Source: Candidatus Thorarchaeota archaeon
Lineage (GTDB): Archaea > Asgardarchaeota > Thorarchaeia > Thorarchaeales > Thorarchaeaceae
Reading direction: 5' to 3'
Assembly (NCBI GenBank): GCA_029855935.1
Contig: JAGSHN010000027.1
Span: forward strand, 64,001-128,000
Length of the DNA: 64,000 nucleotides
Shown here: positions 49,574 to 59,632 of the stretch, piece by piece
How positions within the stretch are numbered: the first letter of the stretch is position 1
Layout of the letters: the number at the start of each line of letters is the position of its first letter
Position numbers and translations under genes: made by a program
Notes under the pieces: model-generated
Seen by the model: only the letters and a program-made list of their open reading frames with translations
Databases searched by the model: none
What the model was told of the DNA's origin: nothing

Positions 49574-50188
49574 ATGGTCAAGAACTGGCTACTCGTACAG
49601 GCATCGAAGATCAAGAAACTGACTGGTGAGAAGGCACTAACACTAACCGTTACAAAGCTGAATGAGCTCCTCGTGGAGCAGTTGACTGAAGCACTGGGGC
49701 CAGATCAGGCATTTGAGCGAATATTCGAGGGAGGACTCCAGTTGGGACATGAGTTCATGATGGAGCTCTCAGCTCATCTTGATCCCGCATTTGAGCGCAT
49801 GCCAGCATACGGAGAGGCCGCGTGGATTCTCTTCGCCGGCAAGGCTCCGACATGGCAGCAGTTCCAGAAGACTGAGATAGGAGGCAAAGAGGCGTACATC
49901 TACCAATGGGCGGATGATGATTGCCCCTTCTGCAGAAATATCCGGTTTCCCCACAAGTTCTGCGCATTCCCGGCCGGTGCGTATCAGGGAGCTGCCCAGA
50001 CGTGGTCAGCACTGACACGGAACGGAGAGCACCATATGCTTGTTCGTGAAACAAAATGCAAGGCCATTGGTGATAATCGGTGCGAGTTTATGCTCGTATC
50101 CGTTCACAGAGATGTCTCGCTGGAGCAACTGCGGGGCGAGATGCCCGAGCTGTTCGAAGACTTTCACTACGGCTTTGTAGACTACTAG
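49574..50188 (+). CDS. V4R-domain protein
   Basis: CPFC..C..AG..G..VRETKCKAIGDNRCEF is the V4R signature. Confidence 0.85.
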   Translation: MVKNWLLVQASKIKKLTGEKALTLTVTKLNELLVEQLTEALGPDQAFERIFEGGLQLGHEFMMELSAHLDPAFERMPAYGEAAWILFAGKAPTWQQFQKTEIGGKEAYIYQWADDDCPFCRNIRFPHKFCAFPAGAYQGAAQTWSALTRNGEHHMLVRETKCKAIGDNRCEFMLVSVHRDVSLEQLRGEMPELFEDFHYGFVDY

Positions 50189-51378
50189 ACACGCAGCGAC
50201 TTTGCTGCAGCAAGAATAGCCCTCCGAAACGCTCCCTTCCGTGCCTCGCGATACGTCACAGTTCCAAGGATGGCTCGGCCCATCAACTCCCTGATTGGCC
50301 TGTCAGCTATCATCATCTTGACGATCAGCTCCATTCGACGCAGCGACGCGTAGACAAAGTCTGCCAGAGGAAGACCGTAGTTGATCATGTCATCGCCGAA
50401 GTCGGCCATCCATCGATCAGTGTAGTCCGATACAAGGTCCTTTGTGGCCTTGCCCTCCATAGCATCGCGAATCGCCTCCACTGCGTGAATCCCCGTCTTG
50501 ATACCAAACGAGATTCCCTCGCCGGTGACGGGCGACACAAAACCGCCGGCATCCCCAGCAAGGAGGACACGGCCCACACCTATTGGTTCGAATGGTCTCC
50601 TGAAGGGTATCGAGGCAGGAATCCCGGTCTTGGGGTCAAAGTCCTCAGGCAACATCTTGCGCTTCTTGAGCATCGCAACAAAGTCTGCAAAGACCTCAAA
50701 CTGTGTCTTGTCGGGGAGCCGTCGATTGCCGAAGCCAATCCCGACATTCATGAAGCCGCGCTTTGGAAAGACCCAGCCGTAGCCACGTGGAACAACGCCA
50801 AAAAAGATGTGCAGGCCACGGACCTCGCCAGTGAGCTCGTCAATCAGTGCGTCATCCATCGGGACCTCCGCGCAGACCGTCCTCGCCATATGGTCATAGG
50901 GCTGAGTGAAGCCCAGCTTCTTCCGATACGACTTCAGGCCAGTGCCGTCCGCGAGAATGACGTAGCGAGCCTCTATCGAGTCACCCGATCTCGTTCTGAC
51001 CTCGACACCATCGCCAGAAGGTGTGACGTCTGTGACCATCGTCTCCTCGCGCACGTCAGCACCAGCATCAGCCGCATCCAGCAACATCAGATGGTCCCAT
51101 TCCTTTCTCACAACAAAGTGCATATCGTGCTCAGGTACGTACTCAGCGGACCTGAGTTTCGGAGAATAGACCACCAGGCGCTTTGGGATACAGTTGATCC
51201 CTTTCTGTGCCTTGGGCCCAATCATAGGTAGGACCTTGAACGAGAGTGCACCGCCACACGACTTGTGACGCGGAAACTTCGCCTTGTCAAGGACCGTTAC
51301 GTCCAGACCGTATCTAGCAGCATAGAGAGCAGCAGCGCTTCCTGCTGGGCCTGCACCAACTACAACTATGTCCTTCAT
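50185..51378 (-). CDS. geranylgeranyl reductase family FAD oxidoreductase
   Basis: GAGPAGS, FPRHKSCGG, GYGWVFPK, GDAGGFVSPVTGEGI. Confidence 0.9.
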   Translation of the reverse strand: MKDIVVVGAGPAGSAAALYAARYGLDVTVLDKAKFPRHKSCGGALSFKVLPMIGPKAQKGINCIPKRLVVYSPKLRSAEYVPEHDMHFVVRKEWDHLMLLDAADAGADVREETMVTDVTPSGDGVEVRTRSGDSIEARYVILADGTGLKSYRKKLGFTQPYDHMARTVCAEVPMDDALIDELTGEVRGLHIFFGVVPRGYGWVFPKRGFMNVGIGFGNRRLPDKTQFEVFADFVAMLKKRKMLPEDFDPKTGIPASIPFRRPFEPIGVGRVLLAGDAGGFVSPVTGEGISFGIKTGIHAVEAIRDAMEGKATKDLVSDYTDRWMADFGDDMINYGLPLADFVYASLRRMELIVKMMIADRPIRELMGRAILGTVTYREARKGAFRRAILAAAKSLRV

Positions 51379-51490
51379 CGTGACTCAAAGGGTGAGTCGG
51401 AAATCTGCCTAAAAAAACTAGGCTGCCCAATCAGCCTGCAACTCAGAGGCCGCATCATGCAACAGGTCGACAGAGAGCCCCCTGAAAGAT

Positions 51491-52000
51491 ATGCCGACTG
51501 CGAAGCAACAAAGAAATATTATGTTCGAGCGGAGGGGAGCAGGTAGTGGTCTCTTGGCGCAGGATTTGCGCGACTGGAGATGGGTTGGCGACTGGGCTGG
51601 AAGAAGGGCATCGTTGACGCCCGACCGCATAGCCATACGAGACAATACCACCAGCACGGAATACACGTTCGGAGAGATGAACAGGCGTGCCAATCGTGTG
51701 GCTTACGTGTTGTTGGAGCACGGTGTCACAAAGGGGAGTAGGGTTGCCACTTACTCAAAGAACAGAATAGAGATAGTAGATCTCTTCCTAGCCTGCGGGA
51801 AGATAGACGCAGTCCTAGTGCCACTCAACATAAGACTCGCACCGCCAGAGATAGAGTTCCTTGTCAAGAAGACCAATCCCAAGGTGATTGCCTACGACCA
51901 GCAGATTAAGACCAGGTTTCACAGCCTTGGGAAGGGCGTGACGGGCCGGACAGTGACGAGTCTGGGCGAGCCCGCTCGGGACGACGGTCGCGATGCGTAG
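51491..52000 (+). pseudogene. N-terminal fragment of an acyl-CoA synthetase (AMP-binding)
   Basis: TPDRIA..YTFGEM..ANR..GVTKGSRVA..VPLNIRL, but it stops before the adenylation P-loop and the next gene ends only 60 nt later. Confidence 0.75.
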
Positions 52001-52060
52001 ACGCGATGAGCTGAGTGTCATCAACCACTCATGGCCCGCTGCTCTGCCACTCCTGCGACT

Positions 52061-53464
52061 CTACGTCGCTCCATCAGACTCTGAAGAGAACGATGTGCCC
52101 GCTTCTGCAGCATCTCCGGGGTCCTCGCCCTCCACCACGACAGGGGGCTCGTGCCGCTCCCTCTTGAGCCTCTCAAAGTCTGGATCGAGATCAACCCAAT
52201 GCAGGACTATCACAGACAAGAAGATGAAGATGGCGGCAACAGGGCCCCACAGCTGGTAGCCCAGAGTGACAAACTCGCCGGGGTGACTCGGAACAGGCAG
52301 GCTCTCAGGGAGGGAGAGCAGGAAGCCCATCAACGTGGACGATGCAGCCTGACAGATATTGAGCGGAATGGATGGAAGTCCCGTATACATCCCGGCACGA
52401 CCCTCACCCGTCAGGATCTCATCCTTGTGCGCAAAGTCAGCATAGACTATGTACGGGAAGAGGTAGTATCCCGAGACCGCAGCTGCCACGAGAGCAATCA
52501 CAACGAACCCGCCAACCTTCGTTGTCACAATCAGGGTCAGCGGCAACGAAAAGGACGCAAGCAGCATAGCGGCCTGCAGGGTCACGCGCTTTCCAACGTG
52601 CTTGATGTCCCAGCTCCAGACCAGAAAGAAGCTGAAGACCACTGCGAGAAGCTCTAGACCGAAGAGCAGCATGTCGGAGGTCCCGAATCGCAGGTAGTCA
52701 TTGACGTATGGGAACGCCATCTGTGTGATCATCACAAAACCAAGGGAGAGAAGCCCCTGGGCCACAAGCCATCCCACAAAGTCGCGGTTCTTCAGTGCAG
52801 TCTCCAGCTCCCTCACAAAGCTCGGCTGGGGGATGAATCTACCCTCCGCACTTAGTCTCGCCACGGGTAGCACGAACCCGATGATCTCTACGGCCACGAT
52901 GACCATCAAGATCATGAAGACCTCCTGTGGCAACCCCCAGCCCGTGGAGAGGCCTGCCAGGAGTGCAGTGGCCAGCGTTGCGATTGTGAAGGCCAGAAAG
53001 TTCGCAATGTTCTGCCATGCCGAAACGGCAGGCCGCTCGTCAGGATCCGTGAGCTCTGGCATCCACGCCTGCAGCGGCGTTGTGACCATTCCGTAGAATA
53101 CCTTGAACAACGACAGCGTCACGGTCGCGTAGATGAACAGACCCCACACATCGCCCTGAGTAACGAACCAGTGAGGAGTAAAGACTAGGACGAAGGTGAT
53201 GGCCATCAGGGGGGCGCCGACTAGGATGTATGGTTTTCTACGGCCCCATCTCGTCTTGGTCCGGTCACTTAGGTGACCGAATCCGAGTTGTGCCAGCCCG
53301 ATGACGAGATAGCTAATCCCCTGCGATACACCAGTGTATATTCCAGGCAGGTCCTGCAGGGAGAAGTAGAACAGTGTCGTTGCCAGCGATATGAAATCCA
53401 ACATCATGCTCGGCCCGAAACGAGCCATCCCGAAGTAGATCTTCTGGAGCCGTGTCAGCGCCAC
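52061..53464 (-). CDS. MFS transporter, GPH (MelB-like) family
   Basis: GHLSDRTKTRWGRRKPYI, about 12 TM, GRAGMY. Confidence 0.9.
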   Translation of the reverse strand: MALTRLQKIYFGMARFGPSMMLDFISLATTLFYFSLQDLPGIYTGVSQGISYLVIGLAQLGFGHLSDRTKTRWGRRKPYILVGAPLMAITFVLVFTPHWFVTQGDVWGLFIYATVTLSLFKVFYGMVTTPLQAWMPELTDPDERPAVSAWQNIANFLAFTIATLATALLAGLSTGWGLPQEVFMILMVIVAVEIIGFVLPVARLSAEGRFIPQPSFVRELETALKNRDFVGWLVAQGLLSLGFVMITQMAFPYVNDYLRFGTSDMLLFGLELLAVVFSFFLVWSWDIKHVGKRVTLQAAMLLASFSLPLTLIVTTKVGGFVVIALVAAAVSGYYLFPYIVYADFAHKDEILTGEGRAGMYTGLPSIPLNICQAASSTLMGFLLSLPESLPVPSHPGEFVTLGYQLWGPVAAIFIFLSVIVLHWVDLDPDFERLKRERHEPPVVVEGEDPGDAAEAGTSFSSESDGAT

Positions 53465-53504
53465 GAGGATTCCTCCTCTCGATGCTGCATCTGAGGGTGC
53501 ATCC

Positions 53505-53523
53505 GCGACTATTAAAGAGTCGC
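53505..53523. promoter_or_regulatory. inverted repeat bracketing the TATA box of the GPH transporter
   Basis: GCGACT-attaaag-AGTCGC; the minus strand reads CTTTAATA. Confidence 0.45.
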
Positions 53524-53668
53524 CCTTCAGGGTTTCACGATAGACACTGGCCCGCGGTGAGGTCCTTCGGCTAGAGCGCGGGTTCTCGGGCAGGCTTCAA
53601 CAGATCAGTCACAGGACTGCAGCTGACCAGACCGCAGGGTCGGTATGGAACGACCTCACAGTCAGAGG

Positions 53669-53708
53669 AAAAAAGAGAGAGGGCGGGACACGTCGTGAAG
53701 CGTGTCCC
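53669..53708 (-). terminator. hairpin plus T-tract after the surface glycoprotein gene
   Basis: GGGACACG-N8-CGTGTCCC at 53685-53708, then CTCTCTCTTTTTT on the minus strand. Confidence 0.6.
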
Positions 53709-53719
53709 AAGAGTCCGTC

Positions 53720-56700
53720 TCAGCCCTTCTTGCTGCGGCGGTCGACGACAATCTTCAGTACTATGAAGAGTGCCACGGCACTGCCGAAGCCTATTACTAT
53801 GCCGTATTGCGCGACTACTGATTGAAGCAGGTCGGACATTCCAGGCGGGATGTTCCTCACCGTGAATGTTGCCTCGTAGACGGCCTCATTCCCGGCGGCG
53901 TCACGTGCAACGACCCTCAGCGTGTGCTCTCCGTTCTCGAGCTGGAATGTGTCCCATGAGAAGAACACGGATGCCTCGGACCCAGAGTATACCTGCTCAC
54001 CGTCAACCAGCACTATCACAGACGCCACACCACTGCCCTCGTCTGATGCCTCAATCGAGATGTTCACAATCCCGCTGAGTACCGAACCGGGTATCACACC
54101 ACCGACGTTGAGCGTGGGATCGACAGAGTCTCCGACTGTGTAGCTCAGAGGTGAGCCCTCGGTCCCGAGGTAGCCCGTCTGACCGAACTCGTCACTGGCA
54201 GAGATGTAGTACTCCACCAGAGTGTTCCAAGGCTGTGCTGGTATGACACCTGAGTACAGTGGCCCCGAGGCGCTCATGGCGACATCAGTCCACGATCCGC
54301 CATCGACACGATACCAGAGCGTGACCGCAGCAATGTCTGACTGGTCGCTCACGCCGACGACCACTGTGACTGGTTCGCCGTACTGCGGCGAACTCGGAGT
54401 CAGGAACGGACCTGTCAGGAGTGGCGCACTCACATCGTTCTCCACAGTGACTGTGGCATTGCTGGTCGCAACATTGCCTGCGTAGTCGTAGGCGAAGGCA
54501 CCGAGGTTGTACGTGCCGTTTGGTAGCATTCTGGTGTTCCACGTGGCGTTGAAGGGCGCAGTCGTCGCATTGGCCACCAAGACGGCCCCCGCCCAGTACT
54601 CCACGTAGGCCACGCCGCTTGAGCCAGTACCTGGATCAGATACTGACACCTCAAGGCTCACGGCGCCCGAGATGACCGAGCCCGTCACCGGGTAGGTCAA
54701 TATCAAGTCTGGCGCAACGAAGTCGCCAACCGTGTACGAGTAGTATGCACCCCCGTCATCATAGGTTGCAGAGTTACCGAAGTCGTCCGTTGCAATGAGA
54801 TAGTACTCGACCAGTGTGCCAAATGACTGTGCTGGAATCACACCAGACAGACTGCCACCTGTCCACGTCATGGCGACCGACTGCCACGCGCCCCCGTCCA
54901 GCCTATAGTACAGCGTCGCACCCCACGGACTCAGGTCAGAGCCTGAGGCACTAATTGTCACATCATCCGAATAGGCCGGGTTGCTCGGAGACCTTGTCAC
55001 CTGAGTGACATCAGGTGGGGTCTAGTCTCGAACGAACCCCATGTCGTCAAAGAGAACTGAGAATGACTCACTCCCGGCTACCACGTACGTGAAGACATCC
55101 GTGACAATGGGCTTGACAGAGGGATATGCCTCTGCTATATCCTTGTTGATATCTCGAACCAAGTTGATCCATTGGCCCGTTGTTGTGTAGTTGAGGACAA
55201 AATAGGTATCGTAGGTGGTGTTGGTGAGTGTGTTGGTCGTGGCGAGAACGTAGTGGATGTCCCAATCGCGATCGATTCTCAGGATGATTGACGCATAGTA
55301 CGACGCTGGAAGCGGGTCGACAAGCTGGAACCAGAAGTCCGTGTAACTGCCGGCAGGGAACACGATTGCCATCGAGCGGTGGAGCTCGGCAAGCTCGAAT
55401 GGTGAGGGTGTCGCGTTATAGGAATATGATCCCGAGTGCGAAACCGTCGAAAGCCGATTCTCCTGCGCATTGCCGGACCATGCGTCCCACAGTGTCACCT
55501 CGCTATTCGAAGTTGACCACCAGTCCACCTCGAAGCCATAGTCCATCAACGGGTAGGTGACTAGCTCAAAGTCGTCAATGAACAACGTCGCCGTGGAGTT
55601 GCTCGCCCCGCCAGCATCAACCCTCAGCTGCACCATTGTCAACGAACTGTGCCTGAAACCAATCTCGTTCAGCACATCGTAAAAGTCGTAGTCAAAGTAG
55701 TTCCACTGATTACGTGTGCCAAACCCTGGGGCAAACAGATAGACATATGATGACGAGTTGGAGTAGCCAGATGTGGAGTTGGAGAGGCGTCCCAAGTAGA
55801 AGTAGATGTAGACGTAGTGACTATCGTTGTACCACAAGGTTGTCAAGAAGGCCCGCTGGGAGCTTCCTCCTCCGGACGTGTCATTGTACATCCAGTAGAA
55901 CCGCAATCGCATGAGACCAGGCTGATACGCCGTGAAACCGTCAGGGGTCGACCGGGAGACTTCCAGTGACGCGCGCGACGTCGACTCACTCGGAGTGGCC
56001 GCATACAGTTTGTAGCCGTAGTCTCCGTTGACATGTGTGGTCGTTCGTCCCGCATATCCGGGATCGCTCCCCGAATAGCTCCAGTCGGTCGAGCCGGACT
56101 CAAATCCACCATTCGACACACCATTCGCCATTGTCGAGTTGTAGAGAATGACATTGTCCCAGATGGCCTCATATCTTGCCCCATACTGTCCTCGTGAGTG
56201 CAAGGCGAGGACTACTTCGTCGACGTAGAGTTCGCCGCCAAATAGCTCATCGACATCAGATGCCAGATCGACATGCAGAGTGTTCCAGACACCAACAGAG
56301 GCGTTGCCCCTTATGAGGCGCTTGCCCCATGAATAGTTGGAGAAGTAGGCGCCACTGGAGTACGCCGTGACATAGTAGAGAACGTAGTTGTTGGTTGAGT
56401 TTCTGAGAGAGACTCGTACCTCGTGCCACATCGAATCATTCACAAAATCGACATTCTTCAGATAGTACGAGACGTTGAGGAACATCTCGGATCCGACTGG
56501 ATAGTCCTGCCAGGCCAGATAGTGATAGGTGAATAGATCCGAGGTGGAGCCCCGGGAGTCCATCACACCCTGTGCAGCATACGAACCCTCGGCCACAATC
56601 TCTGAGTATGTGTAGTTGAAGTGTAGACCAGAGGTCATAAAGGAATAGGAGCCAGCGGGCGGATCGTCGCCGGCCTCGAAGTCGCCCTCCGAGTAGATGT

Positions 56701-56878
56701 TGGTCATCATTGGCGGCTCGCCGCCAGCGCCTGAAGGCGTGCTATGAGAGTGTCCCTCCGGCACAACCTGAATGGCAGCAGGTTGCCCATCTCTATGATG
56801 TGCCGGAACAGCAAAGACACTGAAGATGAAAAGACAGATCAACAAGATCACGTATTTGTCACGTTCTCTGCGTTTCAA
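53720..56878 (-). CDS. large surface glycoprotein (CBM-like jelly-roll repeats, Ig-like domains, TM anchor) with one in-frame TAG at 55022-55024; read-through or nonsense allele
   Basis: GGAGG SD and TTG at 56878; signal peptide; GDFE/GGFE/YGFE...DN/DD repeats; ORFs 55022-56941 and 53720-55000 share one frame, joined by D-TAG-TPPDVTQV; C-terminal TM plus RRSKKG. Confidence 0.8.
54989..55023 (-). other. stem-loop directly 3' of the in-frame UAG
   Basis: mRNA AGACC-c-CACCUGA-ugucac-UCAGGUG-acaa-GGUCU; alternative fold UGUCAC-ucag-GUGACA. Confidence 0.55.
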
Positions 56879-57015
56879 ACGTAGACCTCCCAAGTTCTCG
56901 GCTATTAGTTCGACCGAGAGGTGGTGCATAACGGCTGTCACGAAGACACATAATACTTTCGTTCAATTGATAAGAGAGTTAATTATTATTATACTACAAT
57001 GCGATATACCATATA

Positions 57016-57042
57016 TTTTATAAGCCTATATAGTTTAGGCTT
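57016..57042 (+). promoter_or_regulatory. TATA box with adjacent palindromic operator
   Basis: TTTTATAA overlapping AAGCCTA-N7-TAGGCTT (57022-57042); the downstream operon encodes an ArsR-like regulator. Confidence 0.6.
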
Positions 57043-57053
57043 CCGTGAGAGAA

Positions 57054-58088
57054 ATGGGCGACGAGGAGATTGTGTTCTCACACATTGTCAAGACATACAG
57101 AAATCGCCGGCTTGTGGGGATACTCCCACCGCGCTTCGAGCGCAGAGAGATCCGAGCGCTCGACGGCCTCTCCTTCACGGTCCGCAATGGCGAGGTCTTT
57201 GGGCTGTTGGGCCCCAATGGAGCAGGAAAGACAACGACCGTGCAGATCCTCTCGGGGCTGCTGATTCCCGATGAGGGAGAGGCCAGAGTATGCGGAATCG
57301 ACCCTGTAGGCGAGCCAGACAGAGTCAAGCGCATAGTGGGTGTCGTTGCCGGGGGAAATCCGCGGCAACTCTACAACAAGCTGACCGCACGAGAGAACCT
57401 GCGATACTGGGGACAGCTCCACGGAATGTCCGGGTGGAGGCTCGAGAGGAGGATTGACGAACTGATAGAGCTCATCGGGCTGAAGGACCGTGCGGACGAC
57501 GTTGTGGAGAAATTCAGCATGGGCATGACTCAGAGAGTCATCCTCGCAAGAGGACTGCTGCACGACCCCGAAGTGCTGCTGCTCGACGAGCCGACAGTTG
57601 GACTCGACCCGAAGGCAAGCAGGGAGATGAGGGCCTTTATCCGCCAGAGGCTTGTGGACGAGCGAGAGAAGACCGTAATCCTCACGACTCACGAGATGCA
57701 CGTTGCCGAGGAGCTATGCGACCGCATCGCAATCATAAACCACGGTCGACTCGTCGCGCTGGGGACACCCGGGGAACTGAGAAGGCAGGTCATCGGAGGG
57801 ACACGTCTTGAGGTGGACGTAGAGAACCCCGATGACGATCTGATCGAGACGATGCGGGGGATGGGGCTTGAGGTCGTTGGCGAGGTGACGGTCCAGAATG
57901 GAACTGAGTTGACACGGTTGACCATCAGGACCGAACGTGAGGAGGAGGCGCTCCAGACCGTGGTGGAAGCAATACTGAAGAGCCCGGCGGCGCGGCTACG
58001 CAGGATGACACTGCGAGAACCAACTCTCGAAGATGCCTTTGTATCACTGACGGACGAGAGCGAAACGGAGGCGGAGGTCAATGCATAG
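57054..58088 (+). CDS. ABC-2 exporter ATP-binding protein (DrrA-like)
   Basis: GPNGAGKT, FSMGMTQR, LDEPTVGLDP, TTH, PTLEDAF. Confidence 0.93.
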   Translation: MGDEEIVFSHIVKTYRNRRLVGILPPRFERREIRALDGLSFTVRNGEVFGLLGPNGAGKTTTVQILSGLLIPDEGEARVCGIDPVGEPDRVKRIVGVVAGGNPRQLYNKLTARENLRYWGQLHGMSGWRLERRIDELIELIGLKDRADDVVEKFSMGMTQRVILARGLLHDPEVLLLDEPTVGLDPKASREMRAFIRQRLVDEREKTVILTTHEMHVAEELCDRIAIINHGRLVALGTPGELRRQVIGGTRLEVDVENPDDDLIETMRGMGLEVVGEVTVQNGTELTRLTIRTEREEEALQTVVEAILKSPAARLRRMTLREPTLEDAFVSLTDESETEAEVNA

Positions 58089-58893
58089 CGCTGTCGAATG
58101 GTTCACTGCAATGAGGGGAACTCTTGTCAAGGAGTTGAAAATACAGAAGCGCTATGTGGGCTGGATGGTCGCGAGCCTGATCCAGCCAATAATCTGGATG
58201 GTGCTCTTCAAGCTCATAGGAACCGGCTTCGGAATCGGACAGACGGCGTCAGGATACGATTTCACGAGCTACCTGATACTCGGCGTCCTGCTCCTGATGA
58301 TTCTCTCTCAGTCGCTGTGGGGTGCAGGACTGGCCCTACGCACGGAGCAGTACAGAGGGACGCTGGAGTCGCTGTTTATGACCCCTGCAAGACTGACGGC
58401 CGTGCTCGTGGGATTCGCCCTCTCGGACCTCGTCTTTGCTGGATATCTACTCGCAGTGGGATACGTGATAGGCACGTTCGTCTTCGGTCTCAGTCTTGTT
58501 GTGACCGACCCGGTCGGACTTGCTGTGGCATTCATCGTCACGATCTACGGTGTGACAGGGTTTGCGTTCCTCTTCGCTGCAGTGACTCTAGTCATCAAGC
58601 AGGCGAACGCACTGGTCAACACACTCCAGCCTGTGCTGTTTATGATCACCGGCGTCTTCTTCCCTATCACGGCCCTACCGACAGCACTGCGACAGTTCTC
58701 TCTTCTGTTGCCGCTCACCCAGGGATTCCTTGCGATACAAGAGATAACGCTAAAGGGCGCGTTGCTCATTGATGTGCTGCCGCTCCTGATTGGCACAATA
58801 GTTTCGGGAACGGTGCTCGCATTGATCGGGATAGCATCACTGCGGGCGACGATCAAGTCTGCGAGGCGAAGAGGACTGCTGGGAGCATTCTGA
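58081..58893 (+). CDS. ABC-2 type permease
   Basis: EQYRGTLE, GVFFPI..LP, about 6 TM. Confidence 0.9.
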   Translation: MHSAVEWFTAMRGTLVKELKIQKRYVGWMVASLIQPIIWMVLFKLIGTGFGIGQTASGYDFTSYLILGVLLLMILSQSLWGAGLALRTEQYRGTLESLFMTPARLTAVLVGFALSDLVFAGYLLAVGYVIGTFVFGLSLVVTDPVGLAVAFIVTIYGVTGFAFLFAAVTLVIKQANALVNTLQPVLFMITGVFFPITALPTALRQFSLLLPLTQGFLAIQEITLKGALLIDVLPLLIGTIVSGTVLALIGIASLRATIKSARRRGLLGAF

Positions 58894-58923
58894 GGGTTCC
58901 CTCGCGACAGGGGAAGAGACAGA

Positions 58924-59313
58924 ATGGCATCGGGCGAGAAGGACAAGCAGGTTCGATTCGGAGAGGCGGAGACGCTGAACGAACTTGCCGATGCTCTGAC
59001 TCTTCTCGGCAACCTCACAAGACTGAGGATAATAGCGGCGCTCAGCGAGAGGCCGATGTTCGTGCAAGAGCTGAGCACCCGGCTAAATGTCTCATATCCA
59101 CTCCTGCATCTGCACCTGAAGAACATGGAGAAGCACGGCCTGGTCAGGTCAGAGTATAGAGTTGGGACAGACAAGACGAAGAGATACGTCAAACGGTATT
59201 TCGAGCTCGTCGACTTCCGAATAGAGGTCACACCTATGAAGATCACGAGGCTTGCCAGAACAGGCGGAGAGGGGCCCAAGCCATCTGACGAAGAGGAGGT
59301 CAAGAGAGAATGA
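58924..59313 (+). CDS. ArsR-family winged-helix regulator
   Basis: LGNLTRLRII..L..ELS..HLHLKNMEKHGLV. Confidence 0.85.
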   Translation: MASGEKDKQVRFGEAETLNELADALTLLGNLTRLRIIAALSERPMFVQELSTRLNVSYPLLHLHLKNMEKHGLVRSEYRVGTDKTKRYVKRYFELVDFRIEVTPMKITRLARTGGEGPKPSDEEEVKRE

Positions 59314-59627
59314 GTGCTGACAAAGTCTTGAGTGCGCTGGCGATAGCTTTCTTGGGATTCGGATTGCCGGTCTATTTGGCATACTTGGGGGCTGTCTATC
59401 AGCTCAACATCTGGTACGTCGGGATATTCACGTTCCTGTCACTTCTCGGAGGCGTGACAATCCCATTGGCACTACACGCAATTACAGAGGCGCTTGAGCA
59501 TCCAGACGAGGACTATGAGGAGCAGCTCGACGATATGGTGAGAGCGTTCAGAGCGTTGCTGTCGAGGATGGACGATGTGTTGCTCGAACTGAGAGAGATT
59601 GATCGGATGTTGAACGTGGAGGGATAG
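59310..59627 (+). CDS. small 2-TM protein with acidic coiled-coil tail
   Basis: ATGA overlap with the ArsR gene; two hydrophobic helices then a heptad-like tail. Confidence 0.7.
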   Translation: MSADKVLSALAIAFLGFGLPVYLAYLGAVYQLNIWYVGIFTFLSLLGGVTIPLALHAITEALEHPDEDYEEQLDDMVRAFRALLSRMDDVLLELREIDRMLNVEG

Positions 59628-59632
59628 AGGAT

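Noticed and set aside
51998-52060. Amber read-through rescuing the truncated acyl-CoA synthetase
   Set aside because: TAG is followed by ACG CGA TGA and there is no room for the missing C-terminal majority of the enzyme.
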